Shown piece after piece: positions 9,369 to 19,145 of a stretch of 64,000 nt of DNA; positions within the stretch are counted from its first letter, which is position 1; every line of letters begins with the position of its first letter. The DNA comes from a virus, in IMG/VR virus record IMGVR_UViG_3300036851_000172, positions 9,334 through 73,333 of that record; one strand, 5' to 3'. The position numbers were made by a program, and so were the translations under genes. The notes below the pieces were generated by a model, which made no database searches, was not told where the DNA came from, and saw only the letters and a program-made list of their open reading frames with translations.

Positions 9369-10286
9369 ATGGCATATCTCACCGAGATCGGTGTCGCCTC
9401 CGGCCTTCCCGTTGCGGGGACCGGCAGCGTCTATACGCTCAACACCATAGCGGCCCTAGTGGGTGAGGTTTCATCGACCCCCACAACCTCGACCATGATG
9501 GATCGGCTGCGGCTGATCCGGATCGGCGTTGACTCGACGGCTGGACTGCTGGCTGGCTCGGTGGCAGTCAGGGGCACGCTGAACACCGTGTCCAGCGTGG
9601 GCACGGTGGCTGCCGTCACTACGATCGGGACGGTCAACACCGTCACCGCGCTCAATACAGTCAATACGGTCAATGCTGTTACGACCGTTGCCGCGGTGAC
9701 CAACGTTGCGGCCGTTACGACAGTCTCAGCGGTCACTACGGTGGCTGCAATTGCGCTCGTTCAAAACATAACCGCGCTGGGCTCAACGGCGCTCGACAGC
9801 GGTGTGGGCTCTGGCGGCTCCAGGACCATCCGCGTTGCCATCGACACGTCTCAGGTGAGTTCACTTGCGACCGCGGTGCAGTCGGTAGCCGGCGGCGTCC
9901 ACATGGTGGCGTTGCCTACCGATCAGACGCCAATCCCGGTGGCCAACGTCACTAACATTCTCTACAACGGCGTGACAAGCCTTGCGCCGGTGTTTGCGCA
10001 GACCACCACGTCGGTGACAAGCACACAAATCGTTGCCTCCACGTCCGGCAGGAAAATCCGCGTGCTCAATGCGGCGCTGCATGGCAATGGTGCGGTGACG
10101 GCCAAGTGGACCTCGTCCAACACGGTTGATCTCACGCCAAATGCCGCGGTGGGCTCGAACTATGGCTACGTCCTGCCGTTCTCACCTATTGGATGGTTCG
10201 AGACAGCGACGGGCTCCGCGCTGGGCCTGACCTTAGCTCCGTCGAACGTGAACGTCGGCGTTCACATCGCCTATGTGCTGGTATGA
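9369..10286 (+). CDS. putative virion protein with Val-x-Thr tripeptide repeats (beta-solenoid/fibre)
   Basis: VSSVGTVAAVTTIGTVNTVTALNTVNTVNAVTTVAAVTNVAAVTTVSAVTTVAAI. Confidence 0.6.
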   Translation: MAYLTEIGVASGLPVAGTGSVYTLNTIAALVGEVSSTPTTSTMMDRLRLIRIGVDSTAGLLAGSVAVRGTLNTVSSVGTVAAVTTIGTVNTVTALNTVNTVNAVTTVAAVTNVAAVTTVSAVTTVAAIALVQNITALGSTALDSGVGSGGSRTIRVAIDTSQVSSLATAVQSVAGGVHMVALPTDQTPIPVANVTNILYNGVTSLAPVFAQTTTSVTSTQIVASTSGRKIRVLNAALHGNGAVTAKWTSSNTVDLTPNAAVGSNYGYVLPFSPIGWFETATGSALGLTLAPSNVNVGVHIAYVLV

Positions 10287-11116
10287 GCCTGTTACGCGCG
10301 GGGGTAGGGCGGCCGTTCGATGCGGTGGCCGGTGGAGCGGCCTATACGGGGCCGGGCGACATTGTCGCCTTTACTTGGTGGGGCGGTTTTCGGGCCTACA
10401 GCGCGGCGACTGCGGGGACTGCTGCCATTCGGGTCGTGCGCGCCTCGGACAGTGCGCAGACCGACATCAATACGCTGGCTGACGGGACTCTGGACGCCGC
10501 AACGCTGGCGACGTTCTTGACGGCGACGACGGGAAAGGTTGTCACGGTCTACGACAAGGTCGGGACCAACCATGTCACGCAAGGAACGGATGGAAACCGT
10601 CCAACGGTGACAGCCAATGCGATCGGCACGTCTTACGGCATGACGTTCGTTAGGGCCTCCAACACGATATTGCTCAGCGGCTCGACAATCACGCAGTCGC
10701 AGCCGTACAGTTTGGTGGTTATTGCTCAGCAACCCGACAACGCTACAGACCAGGGAATTATTGCCATCGATGATGGCGGCTTTAACGGCGCCGGCACCAA
10801 CTATACGAGCGGCGCAAATTTCAGGGCCTATTCCGGGCTCTCGTTCGACCAGGCGGCAACAACAAATACGATGCATGCCCTCCAGGCCATTTTTGATGGT
10901 GCTTCGTCCGTGAATAGAGTTGATGGTTCAGAGACTACCGGGAATGCCGGAACACAATCGTTGACGGCCTATAGCATTGCTCTCGGTGCGTTCGGCCCCG
11001 GTACTCAGCACTCCAACCACGTCATTATGGAGGGCGGTTATGTGGCGGGGACGATTAGCGCCGGAAATCGCACGAGTTTGAATTCAAACATGCACGCAGC
11101 TTATGGCGCTTGGTAG
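10283..11116 (+). CDS. alpha-L-arabinofuranosidase B catalytic-like / ConA-LamG domain protein
   Basis: IRVVRASDSAQTDI...G.LD...L.TF...VVTVYDKVG.NHVTQ...RP, resembling the GH54/LamG N-terminal pattern. Confidence 0.6.
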   Translation: MSLLRAGVGRPFDAVAGGAAYTGPGDIVAFTWWGGFRAYSAATAGTAAIRVVRASDSAQTDINTLADGTLDAATLATFLTATTGKVVTVYDKVGTNHVTQGTDGNRPTVTANAIGTSYGMTFVRASNTILLSGSTITQSQPYSLVVIAQQPDNATDQGIIAIDDGGFNGAGTNYTSGANFRAYSGLSFDQAATTNTMHALQAIFDGASSVNRVDGSETTGNAGTQSLTAYSIALGAFGPGTQHSNHVIMEGGYVAGTISAGNRTSLNSNMHAAYGAW

Positions 11117-11331
11117 AGGCGGACCAATTGGGACGGGTACATGTGGTGCTCGGTTGGATCATCGACGAACTTCACACGAATGGCGAATTTTGAGCCCTCC
11201 CACCCGCCCATCATGACCGGGTTCTGGCCCATCCGGTTGGCGTAGTCGGCTTCGGCGACTGTGAGTTTTTCGCCATCAGAAATGACGACATCGCCGGCCT
11301 TTAATTCGCGTGCGGTGACAAGCTTCGACAT
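11101..11331 (-). CDS. small antisense protein (SH3/KOW-like)
   Basis: MSKLVTARELKAGDVVISDG; fills the gap between two plus-strand genes. Confidence 0.5.
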   Translation of the reverse strand: MSKLVTARELKAGDVVISDGEKLTVAEADYANRMGQNPVMMGGWEGSKFAIRVKFVDDPTEHHMYPSQLVRLYQAP

Positions 11332-11375
11332 GGCGAAATTCAAGCAGGATTGAGCCGGTCTGACAAGGGGGCCCG

Positions 11376-13487
11376 GTGTTCCTATTTCTAAAGCCTGCAG
11401 CCACATGGTTCCAATTGAAGATCGGTGCTGGCGGCTACATGACCGGCATCGACATGACCTCGGACGGGGTCAAGGTCTGCCGGACCGATGCCTACGGGTG
11501 CTATGTGTGGCGGGGCTCGAGCTGGGAGCAACTGTTAACCACCAATTCGATGCCGGCGGCGGATGTCGATCCCGATTTTGCGACGGGTTCAAATGAGATT
11601 GTCATAGCGCCGTCCAACACCAGCCGGTTCTACATGGCGTGGGTTGGCCGGGTGTATCGGTCGGACAACAGCGGAGCGAGTTGGACCAGGACGGGGTTCA
11701 CGCAGGTCGCCACGAATCCGGCGACGGACAATCCAGCCAAGGCATTCGGTCCCTACATCGCGGTCGATCCTGTAAATGCGGACGTGCTGTTCTACGGCCC
11801 GCCATCGGCCAAAGCGTGGATCAGCACTGACGCGGGCGCCAGCTGGACGCAGATCAGCACCTTCGGGACGCCAACGGTTCCTTCCGGGGGAGTGGTTGGC
11901 GGCGGGACGATCTTCAAGTTCGATCCGAGCTCCAGCGTCACTGGGAGCCGCACACAAGGCATCTATGCCTCGGTTTATGGGACGGGTGTCTATCACTCGA
12001 CCGATGCCGGGGCGAATTGGACACTGACCACCAGTACCCCGACGACGCACCGGAAAATGGACATCGGCTCCAACGGTGTCCTTTGGCTAACCGACAATTC
12101 GAACGGGAGCTTCAACTACAACAAATATGCGTCTGCGACATGGTCGCAGATGGCTCCCTCCGGAGGAGGTGGCGGCAGCGGCTGGTCGGTAGCGGTCGAT
12201 CCTGCCGATGCAACGCATGTGGTGTTTGTCAACAGCGACGGAACCTCGAACCATTCGACCGACAACGGAGCCAACTGGTCGCGGGTCACGACCATCACCC
12301 GTACGGCCTCGGATGTTCCTTGGCTGGCGGAGACGAATGAGGGGTTCTTCTCGAATGGCGCCGCGATGTTCGACCCAGGCGCCTCGAACAAGCTCTACGT
12401 CGGGGAAGGGATAGGCATCTGGTACTCGACCCCACCGGGAACAACCTGGACATCGCAGAGCGCGGGCATCGAGAACCTGATCGGCAATCGGGTCATCGCC
12501 CCGACCAACGGAAACCCAGTTGTCAGTGCGTGGGATCGCCCGGTCTTCTATGTCACCAATCCGGATGCATATCCGGCCGATCACGGTCCTGACTACGACA
12601 TTCAGCTTCGCCACGGCTGGGCGCTTGACTGGGTGGCGGGAGCACCAGCAACCTTGGTCGGGATGTTCAACGATCAGCAGAACGTTGTCGGTGAGGACGC
12701 CTCGGGTAAGTCTACCGATGGCGGGCAGACCTGGACGGAGTTCGCGGCCAAGCCGAGTCCTTTCAGGTCCGGCGGCTGTATCGCTGCTGCCAGTGCCTCG
12801 AACTATGTCTGGACTGAGAGCAACCAGGGAGACCTATTCTATACGACCAATTCCGGCGGCACATGGACGCTGGTGACTCCTACAGGTGTTCCGAGTTCCG
12901 GAAATCGCGGCTGGGGTGCCAACTATTACGTCAACCGCAAGAACATCTGCGCAGATCGGGTCACGGCGAACAAGTTTTATGCTTACAATTCTGGTTCGGA
13001 CACGCCATCGACCGCAACGGGTGTGTGGGTATCGACCGACAACGGAGCGACGTGGACGCGGGTGTTCGAGGGTGAGGTCGCGGACTTCTCAGGCTTTGCC
13101 GTCACCATGGACAGCGTCCCTGGTCAGGCCGGGCATCTGTTCTTTACCTCGGGAGTACAGAGCGCACCGCACCCCTCGATCACGGAGTTCATGCGCTCGA
13201 CTGACGCTGGGGTATCTTGGGCCGCAGTCGGAGACCTTACCGAGGTCACGGCATTCGGGTTCGGGGCGATCTATCCGGGTCAGTCCTATCCGGCAATCTA
13301 TGTGTCTGGCTGGAATAACGGGACCTACGGCATCTGGCGCTCGATCGACAACGCTTCGACATGGGTGAAAATTGGGGATTATCCGTTGGGCGTCTTTTCA
13401 GCGATCAAGTCCATTGACGGGCACAAGACAATTCCGGGCTTCGTGTACGTGGCGACGGCAACCGGCTGGTTTTACGGACGGACATGA
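11376..13487 (+). CDS. GH74 xyloglucanase-like double beta-propeller (BNR/Asp-box repeats)
   Basis: IGAGGYMTGI...RTDAYG start; repeated S-x-D-x-G-x-[ST]-W boxes; C-terminal FGFGA.YPG.SYPAIYV.G...GIWRS.D. Confidence 0.8.
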   Translation: MFLFLKPAATWFQLKIGAGGYMTGIDMTSDGVKVCRTDAYGCYVWRGSSWEQLLTTNSMPAADVDPDFATGSNEIVIAPSNTSRFYMAWVGRVYRSDNSGASWTRTGFTQVATNPATDNPAKAFGPYIAVDPVNADVLFYGPPSAKAWISTDAGASWTQISTFGTPTVPSGGVVGGGTIFKFDPSSSVTGSRTQGIYASVYGTGVYHSTDAGANWTLTTSTPTTHRKMDIGSNGVLWLTDNSNGSFNYNKYASATWSQMAPSGGGGGSGWSVAVDPADATHVVFVNSDGTSNHSTDNGANWSRVTTITRTASDVPWLAETNEGFFSNGAAMFDPGASNKLYVGEGIGIWYSTPPGTTWTSQSAGIENLIGNRVIAPTNGNPVVSAWDRPVFYVTNPDAYPADHGPDYDIQLRHGWALDWVAGAPATLVGMFNDQQNVVGEDASGKSTDGGQTWTEFAAKPSPFRSGGCIAAASASNYVWTESNQGDLFYTTNSGGTWTLVTPTGVPSSGNRGWGANYYVNRKNICADRVTANKFYAYNSGSDTPSTATGVWVSTDNGATWTRVFEGEVADFSGFAVTMDSVPGQAGHLFFTSGVQSAPHPSITEFMRSTDAGVSWAAVGDLTEVTAFGFGAIYPGQSYPAIYVSGWNNGTYGIWRSIDNASTWVKIGDYPLGVFSAIKSIDGHKTIPGFVYVATATGWFYGRT

Positions 13488-13753
13488 CTGACAAGATTCA
13501 AAAGCAGATTACCGAGGCTGCTTATGCCGATGCGCTGCTGCGTAATGAATTCTTGTGGGAACAATTCGGGTATCTGGAGAAAGAATACACCGAGGCTTGG
13601 AAAACAACGCCAGCGCGGGACACTGATGCTCGCGAGCGGTTGTGGCAGGCCGTACAGGTAGTTGGCAAGGTCAGGCAGCACCTGACCACAGTATTGAACG
13701 ATGGGAAGATCGCCAAGACTGATCTTGAGCGGCTGGCGAGCAAGCAAGGATAG
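13484..13753 (+). CDS. conserved head-module protein
   Basis: AW..T...D..ARERLW.A....GK.A; directly upstream of the scaffold gene. Confidence 0.6.
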   Translation: MTDKIQKQITEAAYADALLRNEFLWEQFGYLEKEYTEAWKTTPARDTDARERLWQAVQVVGKVRQHLTTVLNDGKIAKTDLERLASKQG

Positions 13754-13756
13754 CCC

Positions 13757-14860
13757 ATGAGCGATGTAGGCATTGATACCGGCGAGGCGCCCGCCACCCC
13801 CGTCCCGGCACCGGCCGGCGATGCCCCGATCAGCCCGCGCGAGGCTGCTAGGGCGCTAGGCAAATGGCGGCATGAGAAGTCGAAGGAAGAATCAAAGCCC
13901 GTAGTCCAGGCAGCGGAAGCCGCGCCGGCTGCGGAGCCCGAATCGACCGCGCAAGCGGAAGACGCCGCACCTGTCGAAGGACAGCCCAGCGGTGAGAGCC
14001 AAGAGCAGCCCGAACCGGCAGAACAGCCGCCTATCGAGCCCCCGAGGTTCTGGACCAAGGACGCAAAAGAACGGTGGGCGAGCCTCCCACGCGAGACGCA
14101 GGAATACATTGCGGAGCGCGAGCAGGAACGCGACCGGGAAGTGCGCCGCGGTCAAAACGAGGCCACTGAAAAGCTCAAGGGCCTGTCGGCCAAAGAGCAG
14201 GCGGTGGAACAGGCAAGGCAACAGTATGAGTCTGCCCTTCCCATCCTGATGAACAACCTGCAAGCGGCGATGGCCGGCGAGTTTGCCGATGTCAAGACCA
14301 TGCAGGACGTTCAGAGGATGGCTGCCGAGGACTGGCCGCGATACATCCGGTGGGACGCCGCACAGAAGCAGGTTGCTGCGGTCTATCAGGAAGTACAAGC
14401 GTCACAGCAGCGGCAAATGACGGAAGCGCAGACCAAGTTCGCCGACTTCGCCAAGAAGGAAGGTGAGCTCTTCGCCAAAGAAGTCCCTGAGATGGCGGAT
14501 CCCGCCAAGGCGGCCGAGCTCCAGAAGGCTGCCATGTCCACGCTCAAGGGCGCGGGCTTTGAGGAAATCGAGCTGGCGCAGGCATGGCAAGGGAAGATCA
14601 ATGTTCCCTTCCGCGACCATCGCGTTCAGTTGATGATCCACAAAGCGGCGCTCTGGGATCAGGCGCAGGCCAAGGCGAAGACAGTCGTGAACAATGCCAA
14701 GCCACTTCCGCCGGTTCAGCGGCCCGGCGCGGCGCAGCCCAAAGGGGCGGCACAGGCAGCGCAGATCGAAACCCTCGGAAAGAAACTCGATAACGCGAGC
14801 GGCCTCAATGCGCTCCGCGCAGCAACAAGCTTGCTGAAGGCGCGGCGCTCCGCTCGCTAG
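13757..14860 (+). CDS. capsid scaffolding protein
   Basis: Acidic Pro-rich N-terminus, PPRFW...WASLP..QEYI, coiled coils; precedes the capsid gene. Confidence 0.7.
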   Translation: MSDVGIDTGEAPATPVPAPAGDAPISPREAARALGKWRHEKSKEESKPVVQAAEAAPAAEPESTAQAEDAAPVEGQPSGESQEQPEPAEQPPIEPPRFWTKDAKERWASLPRETQEYIAEREQERDREVRRGQNEATEKLKGLSAKEQAVEQARQQYESALPILMNNLQAAMAGEFADVKTMQDVQRMAAEDWPRYIRWDAAQKQVAAVYQEVQASQQRQMTEAQTKFADFAKKEGELFAKEVPEMADPAKAAELQKAAMSTLKGAGFEEIELAQAWQGKINVPFRDHRVQLMIHKAALWDQAQAKAKTVVNNAKPLPPVQRPGAAQPKGAAQAAQIETLGKKLDNASGLNALRAATSLLKARRSAR

Positions 14861-14872
14861 AAAGGCACGGCC

Positions 14873-15850
14873 ATGGCCGTTGATGCAGCAGCCCTCCTCA
14901 CGTATTCCGCGATCGGAAACCGCGAAGACCTCTCCGATATCATCTATCGGATCGACCCCACCGATACCCCGGCGATGACCGGGTTCGAGCGCGAAAAGGC
15001 CACTGCCGTCAATCATGAATGGCAGACCCAGGCCCTCGCCGCCGTGAACAGCGTCAACTCCGTGCTCGAAGGTGATGACGCGACGACCGACACCGCGACC
15101 CCGACCGTCCGTCTCGGCAACATCTGCCAGATTTCGGACAAGGTCGCCCGCGTGTCCGGCACCCAGCGGGCGGTGGAGCACGCCGGCCGCGACGACGAGC
15201 TCGAGTACCAGGAAATGCTCAAGGGCCTGGAGCTCAAGCGCGACATGGAGACCATCATCGTCGGGACGAACCAGGCCAAGGTGGCCGGCGCCGCGGGTAC
15301 TCCCAGGGCAACGGCCTCCGTCATTTCCTGGATCAAGACCAACACCAACTCCAACAACGGCACGGCCGCCGGTTCCTCGACCTCCGGCAACCCCGCGGCG
15401 GCGGACGGTACGGGCACCCGTACCGACTCGACGCAGCGGGCCTTCACCGAAGTCCTGATGAAGACTGTTCTCCAGTCGATCTGGACCAACGGCGGCAAGC
15501 CCGACACCATCATGGTGGGCGGCTTCAACAAGCAGCAGTTCTCGACCTTCACCGGCCGGGCAACTCCGATGGAAGACGCCAAGGCGAAGAAGATCGTCGC
15601 CTCGGTCGAGTTTTACGAGAGTGACTTCGGCAAGCTTGGCGTTACCCCGAACCGCTTCCAGCGGGCGCGTGACGTGCTGATCCTCCAGATGGACATGTGG
15701 GCCGTGTCGTTCCTGAGCGGACGCAAGATGGTCTCCATTCCGCTGGCCCGGACTGGCGACAGCGAGCGTCGGCAGATACTCAGCGAGTACACTTTGGTAG
15801 CGAGAAACGAGAAAGCATCTGGTGGAGTTTTTGATACGACTACCAGTTAG
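14873..15850 (+). CDS. major capsid protein (DUF5309/SU10 type)
   Basis: NREDLSDIIYRIDPTDTP...HEWQTQAL...GNICQIS...VSGTQ...ELKRDME...YESDFG...EYTL; strong codon bias. Confidence 0.9.
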   Translation: MAVDAAALLTYSAIGNREDLSDIIYRIDPTDTPAMTGFEREKATAVNHEWQTQALAAVNSVNSVLEGDDATTDTATPTVRLGNICQISDKVARVSGTQRAVEHAGRDDELEYQEMLKGLELKRDMETIIVGTNQAKVAGAAGTPRATASVISWIKTNTNSNNGTAAGSSTSGNPAAADGTGTRTDSTQRAFTEVLMKTVLQSIWTNGGKPDTIMVGGFNKQQFSTFTGRATPMEDAKAKKIVASVEFYESDFGKLGVTPNRFQRARDVLILQMDMWAVSFLSGRKMVSIPLARTGDSERRQILSEYTLVARNEKASGGVFDTTTS

Positions 15851-15875
15851 TTAGGCGTACCTCCCAGCCACTTGG

Positions 15876-15908
15876 GGGCGGCGGAGCAATCTGCCGCCCT
15901 TCTCTTTT
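15876..15908 (+). terminator. rho-independent terminator after the capsid gene
   Basis: GGGCGGCGGA-GCAA-TCTGCCGCCC followed by TTCTCTTTT. Confidence 0.8.
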
Positions 15909-15917
15909 GGAGTTCAC

Positions 15918-16508
15918 ATGAACGTCCATCTCGGCAGTATGCACGCTGCCTCGTTCTCAACTGATCCCAAGCACCTCGGCTTCGTGCTCGCCCGCTACAA
16001 GTTCGTGGCCAAGATGCTCAAGGGCTATGGGCGCGTGTTAGAAATAGGCTGCGGCGACGGGACAGGCGCACAGATTGTACAGCCAGTAGTGGGCCGTCTT
16101 GTAGGCGTAGATTCGCAGATTCCTGTAGCAAAATACTTCACGCTCGAATTTGAACAGCACGACATTCTCAGTGGTCCGTTCGGTGGCGAGTGGGACGCAT
16201 GCTATGCGCTCGATGTTCTTGAACACATCAAGCCGGATGACGAGAACAACGTCCTGCGCAACATCACGGAATGCATGACACCGGACGGCGCCCTCATCAT
16301 CGGCATGCCGTCGAAGGAATCGCAGCCCTACGCCTCAGAGCTATCCCGTTTGCACCATGTCAACTGCAAGACGGAGGACGAGCTGCGCGAGACGATGAGC
16401 CGACACTTTCACAACGTCTTCATGTTCGGGATGTCGGATGAAGTGGTCCACACGGGTTTTGGGCCTCTCTGCCATTACAGGCTAGCCATAGGAGTGGGGA
16501 AGCGATGA
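15918..16508 (+). CDS. class I SAM-dependent methyltransferase
   Basis: RYKFV...VLEIGCGDG.G...GVD...DVLEHI. Confidence 0.85.
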   Translation: MNVHLGSMHAASFSTDPKHLGFVLARYKFVAKMLKGYGRVLEIGCGDGTGAQIVQPVVGRLVGVDSQIPVAKYFTLEFEQHDILSGPFGGEWDACYALDVLEHIKPDDENNVLRNITECMTPDGALIIGMPSKESQPYASELSRLHHVNCKTEDELRETMSRHFHNVFMFGMSDEVVHTGFGPLCHYRLAIGVGKR

Positions 16509-17596
16509 CCGGCCCGACCTCTGACGAGTTGAAAGCCTTCGCGGCCAAGCACCTTCCCACGATGGAAGTCAAGCCGCCGGCCGACCCGCTCCTGAGCCTG
16601 CCCAAGCGTCATGTCTGCGTGGCGCTGCTCTCCTACGACGCCAAGATGTTCATCCGTTCGGCGATGGCATTGACCATCGCGGCGGCCAGGTGCGGGCAAT
16701 TGGGCTGGGGCTTCTCCTACGTCCTGCGTGAGTCCGACAGCATGGTGGCGCGAGGCCGTAGTCAACTGGCCTCCCGGTTTCTGACCGAGGAGGGCGCCAA
16801 CAAATGGACCGACCTCGTTTTTATCGACACTGATGTGTATTGGGACGGCGATGACCTGATCAAGCTGCTCTCGCACGACGTGGACGTGGTTGCTGGCGCC
16901 TATCCCTTCAAGAATGAGTCCGGCAACTTTCCGCTGCGCTGGTCGTCTCAGGGCTTGGTCCAGCACAACGGCCTCTGGGTCGTTCAGGCCGCGACCGCCG
17001 GCTTCATGCGCATTCGCAGGAGCGCGCTGGAGCGCATCGTCGCTGAGATGCCGTGGCTGGAATACACGGATGCGCATGGCGATGCCTCGCACCGTTGTTG
17101 GATGTTCTTCGACAACCTTCACCGGCAGACCGGCATCTATGACGAGAGCTATGTATTCTGCGAGCGTTTCCGCGGCTGTGGCGGGACGATCTACATCGAT
17201 CCAACAATTCACCTCAAGCACATCGGGCTGAAAATCTACGACCACGGCACGCTTGAGCAATGGAACGTCCGCAAGACTGACGAGGTCGCGGCACTCAATC
17301 AGAAATATCCCAACGTGGATGTCAGAACGCTCTTCAACTCGACGCAGGGCGTGAAGGTCGATCTGGAGAAGGAGCAGGCCGACGCTGTCAAGGCCGGTGC
17401 GCCGCGCGTGATCCTGGCGGGTGTGGAGAACAGGAAACTAGAGGGAGACGATGTGGAAGAAGAGAGGCCGACCCCGGAAGTACAGCCCAGCCCAACTGAT
17501 CGAGCAGAGACGCTTGTGGAACCGGGAGGCCAACCGCCGCCGCCGGGAACGCGAACGGCTCGAAAAGGCGCGAATGGCGCGGCGGTGCAAGCATGA
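16505..17596 (+). CDS. GT-A fold glycosyltransferase
   Basis: DSMVARGRS.LA..FL...LVFIDTDVYW (DxD)...VVAGAYP.K...AGFMRIRR..L...ESYVFCER...H.G. Confidence 0.75.
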   Translation: MTGPTSDELKAFAAKHLPTMEVKPPADPLLSLPKRHVCVALLSYDAKMFIRSAMALTIAAARCGQLGWGFSYVLRESDSMVARGRSQLASRFLTEEGANKWTDLVFIDTDVYWDGDDLIKLLSHDVDVVAGAYPFKNESGNFPLRWSSQGLVQHNGLWVVQAATAGFMRIRRSALERIVAEMPWLEYTDAHGDASHRCWMFFDNLHRQTGIYDESYVFCERFRGCGGTIYIDPTIHLKHIGLKIYDHGTLEQWNVRKTDEVAALNQKYPNVDVRTLFNSTQGVKVDLEKEQADAVKAGAPRVILAGVENRKLEGDDVEEERPTPEVQPSPTDRAETLVEPGGQPPPPGTRTARKGANGAAVQA

Positions 17597-18459
17597 AGCT
17601 CACAATGGCGATTGCCACCAGGGGACGGCCGAACCTCCTGCTGGAAACACTGGCGCACACGATCCTCAACGTCAGCCGGGACGATACGCGCATCCTGATC
17701 TGCGTCGATGACGATGATCAACCAACCATCGATGCGCTGGGCCGACTTCCGACTGACGATCGGGTCAAAGTCTCGATTAAGCCAAGGGAGGACAGCCGGG
17801 GCGAGAAGTACAACCGCGCTCTCACGGAGGCCAAGGCGGATGTCTATCTTCTGGCGGTGGACTGCGCCCCGATCCTCACGCCGGGATTTGATCAGGGCAT
17901 TATCAATGCTGCTCGCCTCTTCCCCGATGGCATTGGATGCGTTTACACGCCAATGGCTAATGCGTCATTCCCCGGTCTTCAAGCTCCTACTGCCGGATTA
18001 GTGGAGAAGCTGGGCTACACCTACAACCCGGAATATCCGTACTGGTTCGTTGACCATGAACTTGACGACATCTGCCGGATGATCGGCCGCTACGTCTGTG
18101 TGGACGTGGATGTGAGCACGGCTCCGCTGCGTCCGGCCAAGACCATCCGCATGCATGATCTGGAATACTGGACGCGCTATTTCGACCTGATGACTCTGGA
18201 GCGCCGACTTAAAGCGCGGGACATCATCCTGTCGCCCGAGTTCGAAAGCCCGGATTGGTTAAAGCAGGTTCTGTGCAACAGTTATCAGCCGATCGAGGCT
18301 CGGTCCTACTGGATCAACAACAACGTTCGAAACAACGCCGCGGAAATCGAAGCGCAGCGCGGCGAAACGGCTCCTCCCGATGAGGGCTATCTGCGCGCGA
18401 AGGCGAAAGCCGACAAGAAACTGATTGAAGTCTTCGCGGCCTTGAAGCAGGCCGTATAA
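17593..18459 (+). CDS. GT2-like glycosyltransferase
   Basis: IATRGRP...CVDDDD...KYNRA...PGFD...YWFVDHEL. Confidence 0.7.
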   Translation: MKLTMAIATRGRPNLLLETLAHTILNVSRDDTRILICVDDDDQPTIDALGRLPTDDRVKVSIKPREDSRGEKYNRALTEAKADVYLLAVDCAPILTPGFDQGIINAARLFPDGIGCVYTPMANASFPGLQAPTAGLVEKLGYTYNPEYPYWFVDHELDDICRMIGRYVCVDVDVSTAPLRPAKTIRMHDLEYWTRYFDLMTLERRLKARDIILSPEFESPDWLKQVLCNSYQPIEARSYWINNNVRNNAAEIEAQRGETAPPDEGYLRAKAKADKKLIEVFAALKQAV

Positions 18460-18471
18460 GGAGCAAGTGCC

Positions 18472-18834
18472 ATGCCTCTTCAAGATAGTCATACGTTCTC
18501 AGAAGTAACGATAACTGGTTTCTCATCGACCGCTGGTACGCCCGGAGGCGTGACGACTTCACCCCTCCCCGTGCCGGCCAGGGGGCAGGTGATCAAAATT
18601 GGTCTCGCGCCGACTACCAGCGTGACCTCGACAATGACAATCGCGATGCTGATCAACAATGTCGCTGCAGTTACGAGTACTTCTGTTGGCGGCGCGATCG
18701 CGACCGGCACCTCAGCATTCGTAGCCCCACCATCGCCGGTCTTTGTCAATGAAGGCGATGGAATCCAGTTCGTTTTTTCCGGCGGCAATACGAGTACCAT
18801 CGGCGCGACCATTTTCGCGACCATTAGGAAGTGA
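18472..18834 (+). CDS. Ser/Thr-rich small virion (decoration-like) protein
   Basis: AGGAG RBS; beta-rich; VFVNEGDGIQF. Confidence 0.55.
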   Translation: MPLQDSHTFSEVTITGFSSTAGTPGGVTTSPLPVPARGQVIKIGLAPTTSVTSTMTIAMLINNVAAVTSTSVGGAIATGTSAFVAPPSPVFVNEGDGIQFVFSGGNTSTIGATIFATIRK

Positions 18835-18845
18835 AGGAGGCTACC

Positions 18846-19145
18846 ATGCCACTCACTGGTACCTACCGCTGGGGGGCTACGAGTTCGCTAGCCCCCAATA
18901 GCACGTCCGGCAGTTCAACTGCTGTATTCGGGACACAGACGCGTCAGATACGGGTTGCTACCACGCAGCCGACATGGCTCTTGATCGACCAATCCCCCTC
19001 AAGCACGGCTGCGACTATCTATGGGACCGGCGCACTGCTGCCTGCAAATACGGTAGATTATATCACGGTAACGCCTGGGCAGCGACTTTCGGCGGCCAGC
19101 AGCACGGCCTCAACGGCCAATCTGACGATCACTGAGGTTGGCTGA
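18846..19145 (+). CDS. Ser/Thr-rich small virion protein
   Basis: GGAGG RBS; IRVAT...LLPANTVDYITVTPGQRL. Confidence 0.55.
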   Translation: MPLTGTYRWGATSSLAPNSTSGSSTAVFGTQTRQIRVATTQPTWLLIDQSPSSTAATIYGTGALLPANTVDYITVTPGQRLSAASSTASTANLTITEVG

